This document shows positions 48,301 to 60,300 of a stretch of DNA of 64,000 nt, one piece after another. Below the pieces are notes generated by a model. That model saw nothing but the letters and a program-made list of their open reading frames with translations. It did no database searches and had not been told where the DNA came from. A program made the position numbers and the translations under genes. This DNA comes from Lingula anatina (Eukaryota; Animalia; Brachiopoda). Every line of letters starts with the position of its first letter. Positions within the stretch are counted from its first letter, which is position 1. The stretch spans positions 42,104,401 to 42,168,400 of the forward strand of contig CM120641.1 of NCBI GenBank assembly GCA_051362555.1, read 5' to 3'.

Positions 48301-51300
48301 AAGGACATTTAAGATACATTTATCACAAAAAGTCACTGGCATTTAACTAGGCAATATCCATTGCAGAAACCATCTGGCTATTTCCTTGTCTATTGATAAA
48401 ATGATATGGCTTTGGCCATGGTTCAAATTACAGCTTGTACCAACTTTATCTAGGCCTGAAACTCAGTAATTTCCTGAACGTCACTACAGAGATATTTTTA
48501 ATAACAGAGATTTATGATAAATGAGGAGCCAACCTGATAAAATAAATTAAGTCGGTCAGCAAAATGTCTACAATACATATATCAAATGGGACAAACCACT
48601 CATGACTGAATAAAAATATCTTGAGACTATAAATTACTGAAAACTCCATCATATGGGCTTCTTCTCTACAAAGGTTTTTAATTAAACAATTCCTGCATCC
48701 TGCATGTTTAACAAATGCATGCATTAAAAAATTATACAAGTATAAAAAAAGAAAATTATCCTTAATAACCTTCAATTCTGTACACCTCAAACTTGAAAGC
48801 ATCCTCCTTGCATTTTTAGGTAGTTAGTCTCCCCCCCCCCCCCCCCCCCCCCCCCCCCCGCCCCGCCCCAGCAAATACTCTCCCATACATACCTGTCTTT
48901 GCCTGTACATTTGGAGGTAGCTGGGCAACCTTGACTGCTAAGCCAAAAGCTCCGGGAAAAGAATTACTATCACGAACTACGAAAGTGCCAGGGGGTTTGT
49001 CCTTCAACAGGTTGATGGCTGAAAGAAAAAATTTCAAACGTAAGAATAATTACACAATACTTTTCTTTAAAATATCTCCCCCCTTTCAATTTTAACATGT
49101 CATGAATTTTAGCCGGGCAAATATTTCCTTAATAGTTGTTGATGCACTTCAAAAATTTCAGGCACCTCACATCACCTAAATTTACCAGCATTTACCACCA
49201 GGTGGCACTCCTAGTCGGATATTTTGAAACTACCATTAAAACATCTCATTTATTGTTTGTAATGTTGCACAAGGAGGTAAACATTCGTAATTCCCTAATG
49301 TCAAAATAATAGTTCACAGTCTCAACCCTATTCCAACACAGCTGCTTAAAACTATCAGCCCACACCTGTTGTTCTTAAAATAGCTACCCACTGAGACTGA
49401 GAAGAAATTATAGAGCTTTATACTATACCACCCTCTAAAATATGTGTATAGTTTTACTAAAATAAACCTCCCACATTGCAGTGATTATACAAGTGCAAAA
49501 GACCACTGTGGAACAAAATAACAGAGAGCTTCTACCATACCCTACCCAATTTCATCCACTAATGGGATACTTTATCCTTCATAATATTGCATTTTCTATA
49601 AATGACTCATATAAATTGTAATCCTATTTCAAATAAATTAATCTTAATTGTTTTTTGTAGTATGGAGATACTGCAGTGGAAATAATTATAGTCTCACAAC
49701 ATGTGACAATTTCCCCCACTGTAACCCTGTGTGCTGCCCTGGATCTGCAAACATTTTTTGAAAATGACTCGCAAATTGCAAACCCCAATTTCCATTGAAT
49801 TATATCCTTTTTTATTTAAAAAACACTTTGATGTTATTTACCTGAAGGGGGAAATGATCCTTCAAATGAAGATTATCAAATGAATATTGGGTGAGACAGT
49901 TTTCTGTAAATGGGCGGGTATTTTAAAAACAGCAGTGAGTCAGCAGGAAATCAACAATGTAACTTGAATCCACTCTTTGCAACGATACATCAACTTTATT
50001 CCTGATTCACTTGGTAAACTGGCAGCTTATTTCCTCTGGCAACTACTTTAACAAGTCAGACATTCTCTTTGAAGGATCATCTGAGATAAACACAGGACTA
50101 TTTTGTATTTGTCCATGAACAATTGTTTTGGCAAAACAATAAAGAGCTCAACAAAACCCAGACAGCATAAAATGAAAAACAATAAAATTACTCAGAATCT
50201 TTCAAAAGCTGCTCATATACTAATTTTTCCAGATCTACCATATCAATATTTACAAAAATATGCTCTCCTTTCTGTGAGAACCAAACTAATCTTTCAGAAT
50301 ATTCAAAACATCTTTTAAAGGGAATTTTAAACACAACATTTTGGGGGGTTATATAATTAAATATTGTTCGAATTACATAAATAATTAACACAGCTGAGCA
50401 GACTGCGACAGACAATACAGAATGCACACAATACAAAACATATATGCTATATAAACACAGTCAACAGTTAATTAGCATTATTACAACAGGCCCCTGGTTA
50501 CAGATTTCAAGAAAGATTTCAAGGCTAGGTAGTACACTATAACACAGAGGAATTTTTCTTAATACAAAGATATCACTCACCGTCTTCCCTTGAAATGTGG
50601 GGCTTGTACCAAAACTTGGAAGTATCCCTTACAAACTTTGGTGTGTGATGCATTGTGTCAAATACATTTTCTGGAAAAAATGATAAAAATTGTAAAAATC
50701 AACACATTACACATAAAACTTACATTGTCACAAGGAATATGCCAGAGAGTGATGATTTATGAACGGAAGACAATAGACATATAGAGTGTCATAATTTAAT
50801 ATGTAAAAATAACAAATTAGTACATTCTAAATAAAACATGTAAATTGCATCCTGCTTTAAATATTGTCTATGTAAAATTGTCCCAATATCAGATCTGGTT
50901 ACTCCTTCAAATGAAAACTAAAGACATGATTTTTATGTACATAGGTGTGATGTCGACTATGTCATATCCTTTCCACATGTGAATCACAAGCACTTCTGAT
51001 TGTGGAGTATGCATTTCATGACAATAACACCAAAGTTAAATCACAAGAGAAAATGGTCAACAAGGGAGACAGGAGCCATCAGGAGATGTGTCAATCCCCC
51101 TGATGTCACTTCAGGTATGTGTCAGGTGGGGTATTGATGTACCAGTACTTCCACTTACAATACAAAGACTCTTATTCTTAATGAGTACACTAGTATTAAC
51201 ACATGACTCTGCATCCACTGTCAAACACTATCACATACATAACAATCACATACATGTACCTTTAAAGGTACAAATGAAGAGAGCCAGTTCAGCAGGTAGC

Positions 51301-54300
51301 TTTACCTGAGATCGAGCATATTTCACCTAAAAATTCATTTGTGAAATTTGAAATTTGATTATTTTTTTCCTATTTGAAATATTGTTTATATAATTAATAT
51401 AAAAGCACAGCTTGCTTATTTGTCATAAAAGATATTAGCCCCTACCCCCATCCAATCCCTAGGTAACCATTATTGTCATACTGTTCATTTATAACTAAAA
51501 GTATGTATTGTTGTATAACATCTATATAAACCTAGTCACCAGAATGCTGCATACCATACCTGGCATAGTCTGCCTGTGGTTAACATGGTCTATGGCCTTG
51601 TTAATTGCTCGCTACATATATGTACCTGATATGGAATGCTGTATGTGAAATACAGGAAGGTGGGAAAGAAGAGGGGTATTGAGTCCAATCATTTATAGCA
51701 CTTGATCTCAACAGAATTCCAACTTCATAGGATTTTTAAATTTATCATTTCTAATTTGTGAGTGTCTGAGAAATTGGCTAGCTGGTCTTTTATTTATTTT
51801 TTTTTACACACGATTTTCCTCTGGAGCACCTTTTCACCACTTTTTGACAGAGTTTTTCTGTAACTTTTGTAAGTAGTTCAGTTAGTACAATGCACATCCA
51901 TCTTTATAGTGAATAAAAAATGTTTACCCAACTTACATTTATGCCTAACACTCTTATGATAACATATTTTAAATTTCCCAATCAAGATTCTTATCAAACC
52001 ACTATTAGCACTGCACATCCGGCTTAAACAAATCTTAGCATAAAAGCATACTTTTTCAACATAGTATGACAAAGGTTTTTTTTTTTACCTCCACTGGGAT
52101 TTTTTTACCAACTCAAAGGCACAAAATAAGCTACATTCTATAGTTCACTGCACTGCTGATTACTCAACAGTTCAATCAGCAATCATTGCAAACTCACCTT
52201 CTTGTAATGTCAACAACGCCATTTTTTGCTTGGACTGATAAAAATGCAGAAAAGCATCTCCTACCTGTATTTGGTCCAAACCTCAATCTTAAAAGGTTGT
52301 TTATTAACTAACAAGTCATTCTAGTCACCTGACACCTAAAGAAATATTTCTACCTGTGAACAACTGACCAATGAGCATCAGGAATAGGGTCAGTATTGAG
52401 CACTAAAATATGCAGAAATCAAAATGAGCCTTTTCTGGACTCTAACACACACCACCTCTCTTCTTCTGATGGAGTAATGATAGCATTGGAAGACATGAGT
52501 GGATCTGAATTTATTCAGGTTGCTGCAGCTTCATTATCAGGAGGGCTACTTGATGTGATAACACCTAGCAATCTGACCCAAACCAAACAGAATAAAGACA
52601 CTGATCATCACCATAAAACACCCTATACAAATATTAACTCAAGAGCAGCAAGGACTAATTTTTACCTGCAACAATCTGACCACAAACTACCCTAGTTGAC
52701 CACTACTCAGGCCTCAACAAAAAGGCCTCTGTCAAAAGTTGACAATGAACTGTTCATTCTGTTATCTGATTTCACTCTCTCTCTATTCATCCACCCTCAA
52801 CCACACATGTCCTAGGAGGCTCACTCTCTCTGTGTATTCATCCACCCAAGACCATGTCCCAATTCCTCCTAACCTCTTGGTGAAGTTGACCCCGCATGGG
52901 CCAGTAACTCCGTCCACTGGTCAGCCAGCATTTTTGTGTACTGTCCACTCTAATGTCCACTTGTCCCACACTCAGAACCTTAGTGCAATCCACATCAAAG
53001 TATCTACACAATCCTAACTTTTAGAAAGCCAGGGTCCAGTGCTACCCCTCCACTGTGTGTTGCACAGAACTTAGGTGTACATCCAACTTGGTGGCTACTC
53101 CTTCCTCCACACTAACTACTCCAGCCAATGCCTGCAATTCAAGCTGGTCACTGTCCACTGCAGCTGGTCACTATTAAGGTTACAATGATAATGACCTCAC
53201 CAACCACATGTTAAACTATGTAGTAAGTTGATAACATCTGTGGCCTTTTAACCATTTCAGCATTTATCTGGCCTGCAGATCTGGACTGTGTTGGATTTCA
53301 CTATCAATCTTGTCGCAAATATATACATATACCCTCAGGCCTTGACTCTATTATAAAAGCATTGTGGGTGATTTATTACTCATGACCTATTTAACTGGTA
53401 CTCTCTCCCACAGAGTGGCTAGGCCCAGGGGAACAAGTCAACATCTTATATATGTAACAGCTTTTTGTAATGTACAATGTTTTTTATTACAAGTAATCTA
53501 TCTTCCTGTTCCATTCTCACACAGGACAGCTCATCAACATCTATGAATGTGAATGTGCTTTTAAATTTTAAAAATGTGAATGTGTGAGGGACAAAATTCA
53601 GAATTACCTTTATAATTGCTACTGTATTTACCCTCTCACAATAAGCACACAAACTGCAAGTCAATATCAACATTAATTGGTTTTAATGGGATAAAAGCCA
53701 GATAAACAAATCTTAATGACTTTAAGCAGAATTTACAGAAACAAATTACAGTCTATATACACCCTTCCATAAACTAAAGAAACATCCATTTACTACATTT
53801 GCACATTCAATACCTATAAATTAAAACAAAACTTGAGCCTTTTATGCCTGCTGCTTTATATCAACTATCTTGATGGCTTTCACAGTGAAAACATATACTT
53901 TATTTTATCAGTAAAAATCAGTTTCAAATGTCTCTTTAACTATAAAAGGTCATAAAAGTACAAACTGTTCAGAAGTAATGGGACTATAAGACAGTTTTAT
54001 TACCATTATTATTAAACCCATGATCGATACACTTTGACAGTGGTAAATGAATGAACCTTTAAAAAAACTCAAAATAACAAGCACTTAGAGTAAAGTGCTC
54101 TAGAATTACTATACCACTACATTTCAGCATTTCTTTTTGAACAGCTTGTTAAAACAATTAAGCTGCAGTGTTGCTTGTTGCAGGAAGGGAGAGCTCCTGT
54201 GTAGCTGGTTAACTCATTAAATGAAAAAAACCCTGGAAGCGACTGAAAAACATTCAGATTGTGGGTATTGTATGTCTCTCTTTGTAACCAGGAATCTTGT

Positions 54301-57300
54301 TTACAAAACCTCCTCTGGGATTTCTTGAAATTTAAAGATAAAACAATTTCACATAAACAACTTCTTGTGCTCTTTTATTTTGTGACCCTTCAAGTATTTC
54401 AAATGCTAAATGCCTCTTTAATCCTTAAATTATAATTATTTTTTTGGAAATTATTTTTTTCAAAATCTAATGCCAAAACAAGACCTTACTTTGCTCTTGA
54501 TTTACTCTCATATTTCGAAATTATTTTGCAACATCAAGATTGCATTTCGGTTCTGGCATTTCAATACTCTTATGTTGTAAATTATATGATGTAGAATATT
54601 CCAACTTTGCCATAACAAAAAATCCTATCACAATGACCCATATCACAGCATGAACAGTTCAAAACATAAAAGCATAACAATTATCTACAGCAATATACAG
54701 TGACCCCATATAGAAAATAGCGATAAGTAACTGATGTATCTATGACTACCATCATCAAGTCAAACAGCCTTCAAATTTCCTTATGCAAAGTGAAAACTAA
54801 AACCCAAAAACATTATTTCCATCTACAGTGGTATTCTTTATATGTTTGTTCACCAACTGTACTCACATGTTAATCTCTGCAATATATATTCTAATTCAAA
54901 ACATCCCATCAGATGTGTCTTCTAAATCATCCCTGTTTATAACGCTGGCATATCCTGTGTAGAGGAGAAATTCCCCATAGCTTCAAACACTATACAGGAT
55001 TCTGCAACACCAGGAGCATTTCCTTCTGTCTGCCTACACAGACTCTCTCTTTCTCACCATAGACTACATAACCTCTGCAGTGTGGGGCAAGATATTTATA
55101 ATCTTCAGGGCATCAGATTGTGACAGCTGTGCTTAGCTGGTTGTGAGAAATGTGTTGCCTGGGATGTTAGAACTCTGGAAGCATTTCCTGTATCTTTTGC
55201 CTGAAGTTTTTCACTGTCTATATACCATGATTTATTTCATGATTTTGATGCCTCAGTCTGCCCTGTGTTACTTCCTTGGTTGCATCAAATATATTGTCTT
55301 TATAATGGCAGCCTCTTGGAAAAACCACTGCTATTATTAATTCTGCACTGACAAAAGTTGTCAAATCTCCCAACTGTGCTATCCTACCTTTATCATTTGA
55401 GCACAAGTTCGCTCAAACCCTCATGAACAATACAATAAGATTTTTCAGTGGAGAATGGAAACAAACTTTATTCTGTATATGTTCATTGAACAAACTGTTT
55501 GACTAAATTCTTCTGACATACTTATTGCAGACCATGCCTTATCCCTGTGTCTCCATGTCACTTAAATATGTTACAAAGTGTCCAATAATACCATGCATTC
55601 CATAACTTTATATTGCTCAAAGTAAAACATGCCCCCTTCACTGCTGACTCCTGACCCATGGCTCTGAACCCCTCTTGTGCAGTGAACTATAAAGGCAGTT
55701 ATTTAGCCAGAGGTGAGCACCAAAACAATGTAAATACACTTCTTCAATTTCAAAGTTCACATTTAAAATTCCAACCATGCCTTCCTTTGTAACTTTATTG
55801 CAGTTATCAATATGACCTTTTTTTTTTTTTTTTTGGCTTTTTTATACAAAGCAAAGAATCCATGCCTAGTATTAGCGGACTCCAAAAAGTTAAAAAACCT
55901 AACGAAAATTGGGATAAATGTGACCCTAAGTTATCTCTTTCTATATCCCTTAGCTGTATTAACCTTTGTCCTGATGTGGAACCCTGTATACAAGGTCCTT
56001 AATTGAAAACATAAGCATTCTTCATTCTATTCAACTGACTATACGCTAATAACAACCATTGTGTTTTTTTGCTCACCTGAAGCATTGGATGATAAGCTTC
56101 CCCTACGTGAGAAGCCTGTGTAGACACTGGGTGTGTTGGGAGAGCTCTGGCCTATGGGTGGAGACATGTTGTATCCAGACTGACTTGTGGACATCCCACT
56201 CCTCATTGTGCCACCTCCATGCATCTGACTACTGTGACTGTTCATGGTGTTCATGCCACTTTCATGAGCAGAGAATTGACTGAAAAAAATAACAAGATTC
56301 AAGACTTAGATAACAATATTGGCTATACCAAGTTTCAAAAGGGTATCGAGGCCTGGAGGTGGGGCAGGGGGAGAGGGGCAAAAGACTAAACACTTAATTA
56401 TTGTATCTGTTTTTGCTTTAGTTGTTTTTCAACAGAATAATTCACTGTTAATTGTTTGCCCAGTCTTACCTTCCTCCTTGCATCTGACTGTGTGCACTGC
56501 TCATGGTATTCATGCCGCTTTCATGACCAGAAAATTGACTATAAATTAAAGAAGTTTCATTAATTCTTATTCCTCTACCATTTTAAATAAAAATAATCTT
56601 TTCACTTTTGTTTCTCAAAATTTTAAAAAGCAAAATGATATTTTTCCTTTAAAACCTATAAAGAACTCACCTTCCACTCATGGCAGAGGCACTTCTTGGC
56701 ATGGTGGAGGACATGTGCTGCTGCCTGGTGTCAACTTGCAGCAGTCCACCAGGTGGCATGGTATTCATTCCGTTCTCCTGACCTCCTTGGTGAAAACTTC
56801 TGTTCTCTGTGTGGTACTGTTGTCTGCGCTCAGTATGAAACTGCTGTTGCTGCTGCTGCTGAAACTGTTGCTGTTGTTGTTGCTGTACTGGCGACATCTG
56901 CTGTTGATGGTGAACCTGTAACTGTATATCACCCTGTCTGTTTATAGTGGGGAAGGACCCAGGTGCTGGGGAGGGGGGCTGCTGTTGTTGTTTCTGATTG
57001 AAGCCCTGCTGAGAACTATGAAACTCATGTCGCTGTATTGTGTTCTGTGCTGATGGGGGAAAGGTGACCACAGGCTGTGGCGAATTGGCAAATGCAGACT
57101 GGTACTCCTGGTGCTGCATGGTGTTTTGTCCAGTGGGAAAGGGTTGAGGACTCACACCACCCCCACTACTGAAGGAGCGGTTAGCTGTGTGGTACTCCTG
57201 TCTCTGCATGGTGGTTTGCCCCATAGGGAAAGGTGACACAGGCTGAGGACTCTGGCCACCCTGAGAACGGTTATTAGTATGATATTCATATTGGTACCTT

Positions 57301-60300
57301 TGCTGGGTTCCAGTGGGGAACGGTGCTGGAGAGGGTGATGGTGGTGCCAGCTGGTGGATTTGACTCACCGATGTTGGCGAGTGGTTGCTACTCCCAACTT
57401 CTGCCATGTTGATTTGGTTAAGGCTGATGTGATCAACATCATCTGGACCCTTTAGCATAGGAGGCACTGGACCTCCCATTGGGGGTCCACCTGGAGGCAT
57501 GCCATTTTGGAACTGGTACTGATGTTGCACCTTACGTACCTCCTTCTTTGTAAATGTCTGCTGTGGAGGCACTGGGCTCACTGTAACAGCAAAAGTACAT
57601 GTAAAAGTAAATGGATTCTGCATGAAGATTCAACAAAAGCATAATCCTTGTTTGCCTTTGTCAAAATAAATAAATAATTGAAGATTTAAATAACACAAAA
57701 AGAAAAGATACACTCTGTTTTCAATCAATATTATAGTAACACATTTAGCAGCGTTTTCAAATCAAAACTCAGATAATTTAGTGTAGTGAGTGTGAAATAA
57801 ATTTCAAAACAAGGCAGAAATAAAACTCCACACCTGTCAAATGCTAAATGCTAAGCACAATGAAAATATTGGAAAGTGGTTGGCAGAAGAGAGGTAACAA
57901 ACATGATCATGTTCAAGTACTGGTACTTCTGGCACCAAACCCGTTATTAGTTAAACCTTGATAAAACCTTTTTAAAGTGAAAACACTTAACAAAACCCCC
58001 ATGGCATGCGAAATTTATGAATTCATTATAAAAATAGCACCTTAAACCCTAATTTTATTAAATTTTAATAAAACCCCCACAGCAAGCACCATATTATAAA
58101 TAATCTCTGAACAAAAAACAATGGGAATGCCTGTTTAAAACCCCCTCTATTCTTTATGGCAACTGCCCCAAAATACCAAGGCAAACTACCTGGATAGCTG
58201 AACACGTCATCAGGGATTGTTGCATAAAGCGGATCAGACACATGTCTTTGGCGCCCTCTATGGACCATGTGAGTGACTGGTGGAGTGACCGGAATGACCG
58301 GTACGTGCCCAGTGTTGTGGGGAGGAGTGGTGATGGTGTTATAACGGAGTTGATAAGATGGTGACCTGGTATACACACCGCCCACTAGATATACGGCAAA
58401 GCAGGAAAGAGAAAAAAAGAGACAAAAAACAGTGCCATCAAGCAATACAATTGAAGCAAAACCCAATCCATAAACATATATCATATTATGGCAATAAATG
58501 CACAAAACATATACAATACAGTTATGTAAACAATAACAATACCATAAACATTAAAAGCAACAATGTGTCAAGGGAAGCATACAAAATGAAAAGCAGTGGA
58601 TTGTTTTCTATATCCTTATTTTTTTATGAACATTCTTTAGGGTTATATACAAGCACTCATTTTGATAATAACTGTTTCTGGTTTTAAATAAGAACTCTCC
58701 AACTTTCCTTCCTTGTGATAATGAGTTCCTTGTGATGATAAGTGTGATTTTCACAAAATAGAAATTCTGCTTTCCCTTTTCACTGTAGCACAAAATGACA
58801 TGGACAAAAAAATGGTAAAAAGCATAAGCAATGACATGTTTTTTAAAACATTTAAGTTACTGACATTTTCATAAAACCAAAACACATTTTCTCTCATAAA
58901 TTAAAAATGCCTCTTTTGAATATATTACACCAAAAATGATTTATCTAAACATCCTCTATTATTCTAATGAAAGTTCTTAAAAATAAAAAAAAATTAATCA
59001 AATAATAAAAATAAAATAAAACAAAATAAAAAAAGAAAAATCTGCTGCAGAAAATTACCGACTCATTTTAATCTAATCATAATATTCCATTAAGCTTTAA
59101 AAAAATCTAAACATGAATTTTTAAACTTCTGTGAGGCATTCCCCAATCTTCACTGTGGATTTGTAATTTTGAGATTGTGCGTAATGTAACATTTATATAA
59201 GGCAAAAAACACTAACATTACCAAACAAAACATGACATTAAGGAAGATATGTAACATAATAGATCCTTTCTTCATTCATCATACAAATAAAAAATAAGAT
59301 TGACTTCTTTTTTATTAAAATCAAAGAAAAAAATGTAAACAATCATGTTTTCATTAAATTAAAAAAGTTTGACCTGGTAATTATTGTTTTTTCTTTCATT
59401 TTAGTGTAGATTTGCAAAGTTTCACTCCTACTTCAAGCAGTGTTTTCTTTCCTTTTTTTTTATTCAAAAACAGCATGCTTATCTGGTTTTTTGTTTTCAG
59501 AAGTTCTTAATTGCCCTTCTTCTTTATGTTCTACTTAATTCCAAACAGAAAGGTCATACATATTCTCTAAGACAGCGCCGGTTCTATGAAGCAATAAAAA
59601 CAGCCATGATTCATGTGAACATAATAAACCATAACCTTTGCTATTTGCCAAAGCCTCAAACATAACATTCTACCTCATCCATGCAAGCAATACAGTAGCA
59701 AATACCAGAACTATATAGTGCATGCACTTCAAGCATCATAAAAAGATAAGACCATACAACAGAGAGCAAATGTCGTATACAAGCAAGTTGTCTTGAGATG
59801 TGTTTTCCTTTAGTTTCCTATTTGGTTCATTAAATCAATTTTTAGTTTGAAAATGTATGATTCAGAAACCTTTTATGTTGTGCCAATATCTGGAGCCTGC
59901 TAGTAAGGTAGCTTTTTTTTGTACCCCTTTCTGTGCAGAACTGTTAGATTATATCAAAGTGCAGCACTTGGTACCATGCTATTTGTTTTCTCACATGGAG
60001 AATAATTTGTACCAATCATTTCAAATGAAAAATTTGTTCAAAATAATATTGCTATAACAACCTAACCAATGCCAAATAAACCTGCTCTACAATATGTATT
60101 AGTTACTAAAACAGCCATGCACTAAAACAAAATGCTCACGATATTAAGCAAAACACATGATCAGAAGTGAAAAGGGCAGGGAGAAATGCATTAAAATGAA
60201 ATGACTCAATCAGAAAACAAAGTGAGGTCAAATGAAACTGAAAGAAATAAGGACTTATGTGAAAGAAATATAAAATGAAAGTGACATGAAAGTTAAATGG

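Noticed and set aside
52455-52575. Exon-like segment in the tensin intron as a coding cassette
   Set aside because: The most protein-like frame has an in-frame TGA and the donor is weak. At most it is a non-coding 5' exon of the short isoform.
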